From Eledone cirrhosa (Eukaryota): 64,000 nt of DNA. Below the pieces are notes generated by a model that was not told the DNA's origin, made no database searches, and was given only the letters and a program-made list of their open reading frames with translations. Shown one piece after another: positions 15,151 to 29,100 of the stretch. How positions within the stretch are numbered: the first letter of the stretch is position 1; every line of letters starts with the position of its first letter. The stretch is from positions 27,218,001-27,282,000 of the forward strand of contig OZ024753.1 in NCBI GenBank assembly GCA_964016885.1, read 5' to 3'. The position numbers and the translations under genes were made by a program.

Positions 15151-15402
15151 AATATTCAGTTTGTTTAGGGAAAACAATATTTAAAAAAATAAAAAAATAC
15201 TAACGAGTTAATGCTTATATGATTCGAAACTACGATCAAATGAGTATTAACACGTCGTTCTATGTAACCGAGGCAGCGAATTGGCCAAGTCGTTAGAACG
15301 TCGGATAGAATCCTTTGCGGTATTCGGTTCGACTCTCTGCTCTCTGAGTTCAAATTGCGCCGAGGTCATCTTTGTCTTTTATCAAAAAGTACCAATCTAG
15401 TT

Positions 15403-15600
15403 CGGCTTAATAGAAGTGGAAAGACATCAAGTGGTATTCGAAAGTAACCCACATCTCAGCATCAACTCTGCCACAATTTATATATTATTAGCCTAAGCTT
15501 TTAAGTTTAGATCAAACAGTAATATTCTAGTGACGTTGATGCTGTGATGTGGGTTGTTTTCCAATATACCACGTGAAGTCTTTCCGTATCTATTAAGCCG
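15403..15600. mobile_element. Foldback MITE with ~65-bp imperfect TIRs
   Basis: CGGCTTAATAGA...CAGCATCAAC mirrored by GTTGATGCTG...TCTATTAAGCCG. Confidence 0.65.
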
Positions 15601-15708
15601 CCAATGCATTTGGTAATGGCATGCAAGTCACAACATCTCACCTCACATTTTTGCTACTACCCTCTATCGATGGTAAATTTTTCGATTATCACCAGAAAGA
15701 AGGTTTAC

Positions 15709-15808
<100 letters not shown>

Positions 15809-17199
15809 TATCAGATAGACAGAGAAAGAAGGGGAAAATATGGTGTATGGAGAAAAATGATGATTTCTAGCATTGATACAAGTTGATTTGTTTAAATTGA
15901 CCCTGGAAGGACGTCAGCCATGGTCAACCCGGCTTGATTTGAATTCAAAGCATAAAGGACGTATTGTATTGAAATCTTGCAGAGTGTTAATTTAATCTTT
16001 CTTAATACCTAGAAAAATATTAAAGCTAGATCTTAAATAGTTTCGACGTTGAAAAGGATATTAAAATGATTAAGTCATGTCAAAAACAAAGATGGTTTCA
16101 ATATCACATTAACTTGGAACATGAAATATGATATTTAATAACACGTGGAGAAAAAGTATAGGACTGAAACGATATTATGTTATTTAAAACATACAACATA
16201 TATAACACTGTAAAATAAACTGTCTCTGTACAACGTAAGACATTTGATATCACAACAAACTATATTATAATATAATTAAATAGAATTAAAATATGTTGCG
16301 CTGCTTAATTCAGTTAACGTCTCGAAACGGTGAGAATGTTTTCAATTATATTCACTAACTGTCACTTTTAACTCTAAAGCCAGTACATCTTACATAACCA
16401 CAGCTTTGACTATGAAATTATTTTGATGTTAAAACAAATATAGAGAAAAACATTAAAAGATTGAGGGTATTTACAGTAGCCATTGTCAAGTTATAATTGG
16501 TGGGAACGTTGGAGCTCTGAGTGTTTAACCAGTGAAGAGTGAATAGGAGACTAACACACACACACACACACACAATTAGCTTATTGTATTCATACGATAT
16601 ATACCAATGTTGGGTTCCATTGCAGGCATTTCACTATTTCAGTTCATATACACTTGCACATATATACGCATTATCTGTATATCTATCTATCTCCCCCATC
16701 TCTCTCTCTCTCATCTCCCCCTCTCTCTCTATATATATGTTTATATATATATATATTTATATATATATATATACGTGTGTGTGTGAGTCTCAGGTTCAAA
16801 GGCCAGGAGGCCTCTAGTACACCCACACCCATACACACACACCCTGATCTGTACTGTGCTCAAAACTATTCATAAGGCACCTATTGTCATCTATTGTAAT
16901 GGCCATTTTCCTTAGAATAAAAAAAATGTTAAAAGAGATTATTTATAACTTAACAATTCATAAAATTTATTTAGAATATCTAAATACGAAAAGTATAAAA
17001 ATTTACAGAACTTCAGTATATACGATAGTTAAAATTTTTTTCTTTGGAGCATTATATGAAGAGTTTGTGGGGGCTTCCTACACTGGAACAACCTTTGTAC
17101 AATTGACTATATTTAATATAGAAATGGCTTCTACTAATGTATTGAGTACCTTACTTACTGTGGTTACCCTCGATTGAACCCGAGACTCACACACACACG

Positions 17200-17235
<36 letters not shown>

Positions 17236-17259
17236 TAAATGTAAATATATAGGCACCAG

Positions 17260-17840
17260 CTTCACATTCATGAAGAGCTGCAGTTGTCTTTTCTTCCATA
17301 ATATTAACAGCTCTGATGGTTGCTGTTCTTGAAGCTGTTCTGTCATATTTGCAACACTTCTTGTAATCCATATTACAGACGTCCTTGACATGCAACTTAG
17401 ATATCTTTCTCACTTTTGGTGCTCCACGAAAAAGCTCACCAAAGTGTAGCCACTTTGGAATCTTGTTGTCTTTCACATGTTTGACATAGCCTAGCCACGG
17501 TAGTTGTTAACAAAGATTCCCATTAAACCTGGCAGTACGAGTGGTTTTATTATACTATACGATGTTTAGGATCTGACGTGGGAATGGTAAATAAAAAGAA
17601 TTCCGCTTTTTCAGATGTCTTGAGTAAAAGTAGTCTATCACTTGGATTCATACAGCAAAGTGGTGAGAATGTATGTCATAAACTTTGCTCTTAGTTTTGC
17701 GAGAGGTATTTTGCTCTTGTATGATCGTTTTGTAGGTTCTCTGAATCTTGTGGTAGGTTTATCTATACTAACATAAATTTCTTCATCTAAAGATACTGGT
17801 GTATGCTCGTTTTGTAGGTTTTCCGAATGCACGAGGACAA
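17260..17840 (-). mobile_element. RTE/BovB-like LINE 3' fragment, decayed
   Basis: EEI...IDK...TLLYES and KIPKWLHFGEL motifs. Confidence 0.6.
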
Positions 17841-18679
17841 GGATTCTAAACTGAAATTAGCATATGCAGAGGGGGTGATTAATCCAATCAACTGGGGGTA
17901 GCAGAAAAATATGAAGGTTAAAAATAGAAAAGAAAAATGAGATAGTAAAGAAAGTGAATATTTCGCATAAAAGTATTTGGAAGAAGAAAAAAATAATCAA
18001 AAGCCAGTTAAAGAGGCAGGTGATGGGTAGCAGTGGGGCAAAAGGATGTCGGAGAATTTTTCTGCGATTAAAATGTGTCAGAAACAAAGATTTACTTATC
18101 TCTTTAATTGTGAACATGTTTTCATGCGGAGAATAACATGTGGAAATTATAGAAGGGAAACGATATCATTAAAAAAAAAAAGAAAATAAACAAAACAAAT
18201 AACATTGTAAAAGAAACTGTCTTTATTGTGCAAAATAGGAAATTTGATATTACAGAAAAGTATATTATGATATAATTAAACAGAATTAAAATATGTTACG
18301 CCCCTTAATTCAGTTAACGTCTCAAAAAGTACGAATGTTTTCAATTATATACACATATTATTAGTTTCGTGTCTAAAGCTAGTACATCTCACATAACTGC
18401 AGCTTTGGCTATGAAATTATTTTAATGTTAAAATAAATATACAAAATTTTAAAAGATTGAAGATATTTAACACAACCGTGTGTCAAGTCACATTTGAAAT
18501 AAAAATGATTGGACTCCGAGTACTCAACCATTAATCAGTGAAACATACAGACAATTAGCGTATTATATTCGTACGATATATGCTTGGAATTGGTTCCATT
18601 GCAAATGTACTTTTTCAGTTCACATAGACTTAAACAAACACACACATATTTACATGCTGAGTTATCCTATCAAACTCCC

Positions 18680-18972
18680 CTATTGGCCTAGCTTGACATA
18701 GTGGACTGCTACCCATCGATCTCGGTGACCCTGTTGGATGAAGCGTTGGAGTTCGCCAATACATATACTTCCGTCCATGACTTAAATAGACAGATTATTA
18801 CTCACTGCAGAAAAATCCTCTTCGTCAATAATGGTGTAGCCTGGACAAAAAATAAACTACCTCAGAACTATTCGATGTCTCAATGCGATTTGGTTGGATT
18901 ATACATATTAGATACGCCACAAGTCAAATTCCCGGACCTCCACACAGGTTTATATCACGACGATAGTTTGAC
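18680..18972 (+). mobile_element. Penelope-like reverse transcriptase fragment
   Basis: DIVDCYPSIS..LL..AL.FA...HCRK.LF.NNG.AW.K...CDLVGLYIL...GLYHDDSL; decayed PLE RT motifs. Confidence 0.7.
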
Positions 18973-21900
18973 CCTTTGCCCTTTGACAGGTTTTGTTTTT
19001 AGTCCTGCAGGATGTCCAAAGTCACCCTCCTCACCAAGGAACCTTGGTGGGGTTGCCAGTTTAGTCGCCAACGAGAGACAGGTTGTACTGGGATACATGT
19101 TACCAGTAGCACCAACTGGTGACCTGACATATGTATGTATATATATAGTATTAAGGATACTATTTATGGTTATGTATATAATAAAACCTTTTATGGTTAT
19201 ATATTTTTTATATACAAACCCCAAATAGTGAAAGATAGTCATTCATTACTATTGTGTTGAAAAGGAGGTCAAGTATGTTATAGATCACTAAATAGTTGCT
19301 CCAAAGAATCCAAACCTCGGTTTGGAGGAAACAATTGTAAGCAAATAAATGATTTAAACTGAACTTTGATTATTGTAATCTCTCTCTCTATATATATATA
19401 TTTCGCTATTTTCTACTCTTACCCCTCTTTCTTCCCCTCCCTTTCTCCCTATCTATTCTTACCCCACTACCTCCCTATCTACTCTTCTGAAGATCCCGTT
19501 AAGGGTGAAAGCAGCGATTCTTTGCTTAAACTTTAATCTGTTATTTTAATATATATATATATATATTAATTTGAGTACTTTTTCGAATTGCAAGCTTCTA
19601 ACCTTCTCTAAAAATATACTTTTTTTTATAGCCTGATAGAATTAGTTGGTGTAGCGTTAATGTAGTTAAGGTTGTAATGTAGATGTAATGTAGATGTAAT
19701 GTTTTGTTGTCTGCATTCATTATTTGTATTTTAATCTACGTTGTTTAGTTCGTTAAAATGGATATGATATAATGTTAAAGGATTAGTTTTAGATAATTGA
19801 TTAATTGGGTTCAACGACATGTTTTTGAAGCTGAATAATTGTAATTTGTGTGGCGAATCTTGGTTGGTTTGGGTCTGTTGTATTCATTTAGCATTATTTC
19901 CATGTTGGGAGGGGTTTAGAAAGAAGAAATGTGTACACACAGATATATATAAATACACACACATACACACATATGTATAAATACACATACATACACATAT
20001 CTATATGTATATATGTATATATATATATACATATATGTATGTATACATATAAACACACACATATATACAGTATATTTATACATACATACATATATACATA
20101 TATATATGTGTATGTATGTATATTTATACATAGATACATTTATATACATACATATATATATACACACACACAAACAACAAGAACAGAAGCTTATTCCACA
20201 TGAAATATTTTCTTATGTTATCGTGCTCTAAATCTATTCTACATTCTTATTTGGTATTTCATTCAAGTGATTATATATTGTTATAAAGTAAACTATTAAC
20301 AAATCGTCACGTAACAACTCGATTATCACCGAAATAATTACAGATAGACTCGAAATTATATACTCATATGTACATTATTCTTCCTTATTCTCTTTATATA
20401 CTCATTCCTACAGACAGGCAGACATACATCAAACAATATACTTAGACGCCAACACCACATACGTATACAGGGCATTAACAATTACACGCAGACACACATG
20501 TAGACACTCATGAATACACTTATAGACACATCGTATATCTAAGAAACTATTTTAGGTTGCATAAGTCATTTTAAAAAGGACAGACCTTACTTCTCTGCTG
20601 GTGGTTTGTTTTACATTTTCAGTTATAATTAACGAAATCAGAAGCAATCAGAAGAAATCCCAAACATACAAAATTTTATTATTGATTTTTGCTTGAAGAC
20701 ACCATCAATTTACGTCAGCGGAAGATCCCCCGCCTGTGAGCTATTTGAAGTTGAGAATGAGGCAAATGTTATCAGGAGATTAAAATGTTAAAAGACCTCA
20801 GTGTTTACGTCATGATAAATTATGATTTATTAAGATTCCAATCAGGAAAGCCTCTACGTGTTTGGTTACTTGACCAGCTAGAAATGTTAACTAGGTCTCA
20901 AATTATCGTCTACTGTCTTGAAATTAGGACACATTGAATAATGAATTATTTGGGGTGCTCAATGTTTTTTTCTAAAGACATGAACTTCTAATGAAAGACA
21001 TGATGATCACAACACCGAGAGACCGACAGAAGAACCGTTCCTGTTTTGAGAGGTAGACATCATTCGCTCCGTCGTTTAACATTACAACCTGGCCCTTGGA
21101 TGGTTTTAACGGATTCCACTCTGTTGCAAGCTTTTGGACAAAGTTTTCAATCTGAAGATAACTTCCTTCCATCTACCTTTCACCCCATCAGTTGCAGAGA
21201 CACTGAAAAATCATGGGCGCTGCCCTTCCTTCTCTGACTAAGTCATTTGAAAATAAAATATATCTCATTATATTGAGTTAAAGACATAATCACATTCACC
21301 GAAACGCGCGCGCGAACACGCACACACATGTTAACCCCTTCCCTACCCTGCAATCATATGAAATACTCATTTGTATACAGAAGTAAATTATGCCGCATAT
21401 ATCAAGATATTGATACATTAAATAGGCAAGTATTCACCTTTGAAAATGAATGAGTGGTACGACAGTTGTAGGGACAGCTCATTGATGGAAGCAACGGTTG
21501 TAAGCAATGGTTGTTCTATAAAATTGATAGGTATTTCGTTAGCTTGTAGTGCTGAGGTCAAACACTCTAGGCTTATTAGTCAGACCTGTTAACTCTCCCT
21601 ATCCGACGGGGAGATCTCCACCCACTTTGGAGTAGGTTAAAGATGTCTTCTCTTGTGAAAATGGCTATAGCTTTCATTATGAAAAATCTCCCCTTGTTGC
21701 CACTTTTTTCATGGTACTCCTCGTTTGGATCTTTAGAGGTTGGCAGGTCTGATTACTTGAAATGAAGGATGGTCTTTCCCACGTTCGTTTACTTTAAACA
21801 CATTACATACAAAGTTATCTTTAGTGGTGATCCACCAAACCAATTGTATCTTGCCACACACACAACACATTTACATTTTTTTTAAATGCCTGGAGGTAGA

Positions 21901-22073
21901 AAAAGTATCTATGACCTCTCCGCCACTTTAAAATGCTGCTAATTATTAAAATAGGATTGTAACCATTTTTTAATAACTTTATATTAAAACTAGTTAAGCG
22001 AAAATAAAGTTTGAATGTGCCAAATAGAATCTTCAGCTGGATCTTCAATCTAACTCGATTTCTTTCTCCCTTT

Positions 22074-22140
<67 letters not shown>

Positions 22141-22507
22141 GTTTTCGTCTCCTTTTCCCCTTTGGCTTACTCCTAAGAAGAAATAATCCCAACTAACTGT
22201 TCTTATTACGAATATTGGTGTTTGTTTCCTAAAGATACATGGTTAGGTATGCAAAGCTCCCAGTGAACACACTCTCTACAAAATATAGACTGCTTTAATT
22301 ATAGAAATTCCATGAAAGTACTATAGCTTAATTAACTATTTCTCACATGATGTACTTTAACAGAAAAAAAAAAATGACATACTTCGCCATTGCATTCCGC
22401 TTATTCATGCTTTTTTTTAACGTTTTCTTACTCTATCGGTTGTTAGTCTTCGGTCCCCAATTACATTGGCACTGTCGGTATTTTTACCATCACTGACCTT
22501 TCATCGT

Positions 22508-22722
22508 CAGACCTGTCAACTCTACCCGTTCAACGGGGAGATCTCTCACTCACTTTGGGGTGTGTGTGTGGGGCGCGGGAGGAGGAGGAGATATCTTCTC
22601 TTGTGAAAATGGGTATATCTGTCATTATGTAAAATCTCCCCATTTTGCCTCATTTCTTCCCGTTTTGGTGCCCTTTTTTTTCATGATACTCTCCGTTTGG
22701 GTTTTTAGAGGTCGGCAGCTCT
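22508..22722. mobile_element. ~170-215-bp MITE (CAGACCTG TIR, 6-bp TSD). Other copies at ~21581-21751, 27872-28061, 28928-29110, 37528-37711, 37967-38162, 39958-40131
   Basis: TIRs CAGACCTGyCAAC; TSDs CATCGT/CATCGT and CACCCA/CACCCA. Confidence 0.8.
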
Positions 22723-23238
22723 GCATCGTGTTCTTATCAATGAAACTCTCTGCATAACCATAGAACCTACCTTGACCAGAATATAGGAATCTGCCAATAC
22801 GACCTGGACCTGACTCAGATTTCGTTCTGGATTGTGGTATTTGTTCTGGCTTTTTATGTTCTGTGTTCAAATCCCGTCCAGGTTGATTTTGCCTTTCATC
22901 CTTCTGTGATCGATACAATGACGTATTAGTCACGTACTGGGATCGATATAATCGACTTCCTCCTTTTCCAAAATTACTGGCATTAGCGCATCACCGAATA
23001 GTTTTTTTTATTTGCTTGCGCAACATTCCTGTAGTTAGGCCTCTTGGAGTAAAATCAATATACTTTTAATTTACAGCCAAGACAGTATATTGTAAATTAT
23101 ATGTGGAAACAACCCAAACCAATGATGGTTAATAGTAACATTTATTGCTAAAATTTATTGTTAAATGTGATATATATACACCCTATAAAAGTATTTTAAC
23201 TCTAACCTATTAACTAATAATTCTTTCTGCAATTACAG

Positions 23239-23385
23239 GATTATCATGGCATTAGAAATGGGAAGCCAAAGAAAGATAAAGTTAGGAACTGGAAGTTGAA
23301 ATCATTTTATGAACACGAAGGGCTTACAACGCTTTCGTTTACAAGGAAATTCGAAACACATGATAGACATGACATGGATATTACG
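23239..23385 (+). CDS. MOXD1: MOXD1-like copy 1 exon (DOMON middle: [13 protein letters not shown]...[16 protein letters not shown])
   Basis: ttacag|GAT...ACG|gtacg, 147 bp, phase 0/0; homologous to copy 2 exon 61880-62023. Confidence 0.9.
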
Positions 23386-24507
23386 GTACGTTTGCATTTT
23401 TCTTTCACACCTTAATTCAAAGATATTTTATAAGAAAAATATACTTAAAGCAGAAACATATTCATAACCAAACACACAAACCTACATATATGTCATTGTG
23501 AAGTTGTAGAGCAGATGAAATATCAATATTCTTTCATCGTTGTAGACGAGTACGATGCGAGTCATTTGGTCATATGGAGATACTGATGATATAACATATC
23601 ATACTGTTAAGAACCGAGGAACGAAAAGTTTGTATCTGCTTCAGAAACCACAGCCTGCCATTAATATGCCGAAAGATGCCATAAAAATAGAATTCCTAAT
23701 GAATAAGGTAAATATATCTTATTGTTTCTTTATTTAATCTTTCATCTGAACACGTATAAGTAAAAATGGGAAGAGATTCATTCCTATTAAAGTTGACACC
23801 TAAATAATTTATGAGCATAGCTATGTGTAAATCTAGTTTAAATTAATTAGCAAAATTGACTTCACAAGTGTTCCGTATGGAGATATATCATTGGTATTGT
23901 TTAAGTCAGAGTTAGTAACAGAGAACATTTCAAATTAAATAAAAAAAAAAAATTACAATCAAATCAGTTACACACACATGTACACCAGGTCTGAACATAG
24001 AGGAATCAAACTCTCACTGTCATCACCTCCGTCTCTCACTATTATGAGCAAATGGGGTCCCACGCGTTGACCACCTCGCGGCTCCGGTGGACAGAATAAA
24101 GAAGGAGTTTTCCTGGAGGATGGTGATGGAGATGTGCTGGAAGAGCCAGTCCAGCTCACGAGGCTCACTTCTGTTCGCAAATGTCTGTGTTCTGTAGCTC
24201 CATGTTAGCGCCAATCGAACAGGACTATGAGAGAAAGTATTTAAGTCGTTATCATTCAGTATTTAAGGAGAATATATAGCACTGTATTATCTAATTTGTC
24301 CTATTTTATATATGAAAATAGAATGTGATTCAGAGAGCGAAAATGAGAAAAATAATTTCTCCATAACAAAAAAATTGCTTTTTCTTTGATAGCGAGCTTC
24401 TGGTATGTTTATTGTACATAAACATATAATATATGTTTTTATATACACCCCTATATATATATATATATTCAGTATATATATACATACCCCCCCCCCCCCC
24501 CCACACA

Positions 24508-24538
<31 letters not shown>

Positions 24539-24701
24539 GTTGATTTAAAACTTCACTATTCACAAGTGTTTTTTAAGCTTCATATCATGTATCCCTATTT
24601 TATCTGATGAAAACGCAGATATCATCCCATGATGATATTTGTTTTTGAAATGCGCATAATAAAATACTTGGAACTCTTTTAACCATCTTTTGATCTTATA
24701 T

Positions 24702-24735
<34 letters not shown>

Positions 24736-26104
24736 TAGAGAGAGAGATTGTGATTTCATAGAATAACCACAATCAACTGTCAGTATACACGAAAAGAATA
24801 ACAGTAACAAAGAATTCCCTATAAACGTTTCCTTTTTTTAATGTGTTTTTTAAATGTCAGTTTTGTTTGTATGTTTTACAGCTACCTATACCAGAAAAAC
24901 TCACGACCTACTGGTGTAAAACATTTATAGTTCCCATGTTTTCAGAAAGAAAGCATATTATACAGGTAACTATTTACATAATAATGGAGGTGGGTAGGAT
25001 TTCATTTATAATAAACTTTATGACAAATTCCAACGTGTCATGATATTATCGATATAGAAATATACAGCTCTAGAATCTGATTCAGAGAGCAAAAATGTTA
25101 AGCCAATAATAAATTGAATATAACAATAATGATTTCTACTATAGGCACAAAGCCACCAATCTTGAGGGAGGGCAAAGTCGATAAAATCGACCTCAGTGCA
25201 TTGCTTGTGATTTACATCGACTAGTATTTATACTATCGACTTCGAAAGAACGAAAGGGAAAGTAAACCATGGCCGGGTTTCATGAATACAGAACGTTAAG
25301 GGACGTAACCCGATACTATAAAGTATTCTCCCGACAATCTACGAATTGTGCTGATATTTAAAAAAAAAAATCATTATGCTAATAAATTTAATTTCTTCTA
25401 TGTCATTAATTATATTTTTTTGTATTTTCTGATCTTATTCATTATTAGGTGTCACCGAGGATACAAAAAGGCAATGAGATGTTTGTGCATCACATGCTAC
25501 TATATGAATGTTTCAAACTGAACGACTCGTCGAAACTTACCACCGAGAATGAATGTTACCTACCAAATATGTCTTTTGACTGGACACATTGTAGGAGTGT
25601 TTTCTACGCATGGGCGATTGGAGGAGACGTATGACTCATTTTTATTTTATTTATTTTTCCTTTGCTGTTGATATTCTCGTGATTGTGTTTATATGAGACT
25701 AAACACCTGAAATTATCCTTAGTAGTAGTGCCTGGCTTTGATCAAAGACGGTCCAGCCACACAATCAGATCTTATTTACGAGAATGTAACAAGGTGTGCA
25801 TTATCCGAAGTCTCCTCTTTGGAAACAGTAGCGCAGTTAATTTTATAGTTTTGGCTGATATTTCAAACAGGCCAACAATTACCAATATTGTTAGAACATG
25901 TAAATATCAAACTAGCCTTGTATAAAGACTAGTGCCGGATTTACCATTGTACTTAGGTGTACTTAAGCACAGAGCTCCGTTGGCCAGGGTGTGGGTATAT
26001 TCCTGCCCCAAAATGTTTTTTTATCCCCTTTAAGGCCCAAGCACAGGGCCTCATTTGTTCAAATCCAGCACTGCATCTAACATATGTATGTATGTAGATA
26101 TGTA

Positions 26105-26181
<77 letters not shown>

Positions 26182-29100
26182 CATCATTATCATCATCGTT
26201 TAACATCTCTTCCACGCTAGCATGGGTTAGACGGGTTTATCCCATTGAGAGGTAGGTTGGGTCGGATGCCCATATCTCGCTCATATAGGACTGTTTCTGG
26301 CAGGTTTTCTACGGTTGGATGCCCTTCATAACTCCAACCACATTTACAGTATGTGCTGGATACTTTTCGCCGTGTCTTTTACACGACCACTTTACAGTAT
26401 AGGCTGGGTGCTTTTGTTGCCTCAGCCTGAGAATAATAGAGGCTGGGTCTTTTGTAATACTGCATAGCCCAGAAGTCGCGGTCCTGTGACATTGCCTTTG
26501 AGAAGTGTAATTGTGCAAGGTCAGTTTTTATTACTTCATTCCAAGTTTTCCCAAGCCTGTGTGTGTGGATATATAACTATATTATACCTATATATATGTA
26601 ATCATATATATGTATATATATGTTTATATGCATATAACTAAATAATAGTTGAATAAAATAGGTTAACATCCTCTAGCGACTTAAATCGAATGAGAGCTGG
26701 GACGAACCACTACTAGGTAAATTATAATTCCAACACACACTTACATAAACATGTGTATTGTGTAAACTGATTTAAAATATGCAGTAAGCTGTGATTATTA
26801 AAAAACAAAACAAAAAAAAAATCAAATGCTGATTTAATTGAAATGTAAAGGAGAAATAAAGACATCGTAAATTTTGTGTGTGTTAATTTAAAACGGAAAG
26901 CTAAAATGTATATTTTATTATTCAAAAACTAATTTAAAAAAAAACGTTGGGCTCGTCCGGGATTTGAACCCGGGACCTCTCGCACCCTAAGCGAAAATCA
27001 TACCCCTAGACCAACGAGCCGCTCTTAATTTACTGGCCGATTTTAGTCTATATACATAACAACTAGTGGCAGCCACCCTGCTTGCTATCAGCTGCTATAA
27101 ACATGTGCAAAGTCTAACTAATCACATTCCCTGCTCTCATTTACGATATATTTCACACACTCAATGTTTACTGCTGGCGTCTTGTTGTTTAACTCTTCTT
27201 CTTCCTCTTCTTCACAATATTTACTCTCAGGTCTTGAATAATCCCCTCCCCCCCACCCCCTCCGTTTTATCCCCGCCCCCGCTTATTAAAATTTGCTAAT
27301 CTATCTCCGGCGAAATTTTATTGCAAATGTTTCATATCGATACAGCAGCTGGAGAATCTAATAATTTTATTTTACATTAAAAAGAAAACAAAAAAACAAA
27401 ACATTATATATAACATAAAAAAAAACATTACAAGAAATCCCATATTTACGAACGTACACTATACAATTACAGATTTCCCACCCCTCCCATTTATTTCACC
27501 CTACACCCCACTTATAAGAATTTAAGCAAAGGTCCAACCCCTCTTCCCCCCGTTTATTTCCCTCCCCTCATTATTTGAGACTCGAGAGTTGTTGCATCTC
27601 GTTTACGTTTGAAACTCTGCCGAAGTCGACTTTTGTTTTCTATTTTTTGGGGTGTGTGATTCCTTCGACAAGTACTTAACACCCCTCCACACACACAATG
27701 TAAAAAACTTATTAATTTTTTTTTTCTGGAAGAAATGACTATTAGAGCAGCAGAATAACTGCTTTACTTTAATTAGTTTCGTTTATATACGATTATAGTA
27801 TAAATCATGCTGAAGTATGCTATGTTTTCGACCCATCTGAAGTAGAAGAAATGTATAGCAGTTGTTATGATCAGACCTGCCAACCTGTAAAAGCCCCAAG
27901 CGGGGATTACCATGCAAAAAAGTGCCCCAAAACGAGGAGAAATGAGGCAAAATATTTTACATAATGAAAGCTATACCCATTTTTATAAGAGAATACATTT
28001 CTGACCCACCCCAAAGTAGGTGGGAGATCTCCGCGTCGGACGGGGAGAGTTGACAGGTCTGCTTTGTACCTAAAGTAGAAACAATTATATTCTACTACAA
28101 GAAAGTAAGCGCTAACACTTTGAATGCAACGAGCACGATAACTTTGATTATAACTTTGAGAGTTAACAGGGCTGGATAACATGCAAATGGACAATCCCTG
28201 TAAAAGGAGCCTGAAAATGATGTCTCTACAAAACATCTCATTGACAAACAAGTAAACGAATTATTGAATCGATGTTTCCTAATTTATAATATTTTAAAAT
28301 AAACAAATAATTACAGAAACCCTACTTTCAATACTTTTTACGGCATAGACGAGCACACACGCATATCAATACACATACGCAAACATACACAGGCAGATAA
28401 TTGCTAATTGGGTCGTCTCTACTGTGATAAATTTCTGTCGAGGAGAAAATATCAAGGGTAAATTATAAATGTTTAAGTTCTTAAGACATGTTTAAAAGGG
28501 AAATAGTTTAGTATTGCCGAAATCAAAGACGAACGAAACCTTACAACTACGATTACAGTTTCTCGCTCTGTTTGGCAGCGAGATACACCAAGGCAAATTG
28601 AATTAAATAGCAGACTGTTCTCGATATATCTTAAGACATTATGTGGATAGAATATGCTAGAAAAGACGCTATGGTCACGACTGGAATGCCGGTCAGACGA
28701 TGAAAATTCTAAACAAAAATGGACAGAGAAATATACTTTTCCATACCAGGTGTGCATGTAATCGGAAATATCATTTAATTCACATCTTTCTATTCGTTAT
28801 CTTACTCGTTATGCTACTAACGAAACTCCCGTATATTTCATGTGTCATCTGATATTTATAATCACTTGCAAATTATAATGGAGACCGAGCCAACGAAAAG
28901 GCTTCTGTACAGTCTCTCGATCTTTTAACAGACCCATCAAATTCCTCCGTTCGACGCGGAGATTTCCCACCCACTTTGTGGTGGGTGAGAGATGTCTTCT
29001 CTTTAAAATTCGTATAGCTTTTATTATGTAAAATCTCCCCATTTTACCTCATTTCTCCTCGTTTTGGGGCACTTTTTTCGTGGTACTCCCGGTTTGGGAT

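Noticed and set aside
19490-19525. CTGAAGA-TCCC gttaa GGGT-GAAA hammerhead-like core
   Set aside because: No convincing stem I or stem III; at best a decayed relic
20580-20700. Hydrophobic stretch that might be exon 1 of copy 1
   Set aside because: No start codon or DOMON motifs, and an early stop
20972-21240. Possible DNA transposase relic (VVMLNDGAND)
   Set aside because: Too short and degenerate to classify
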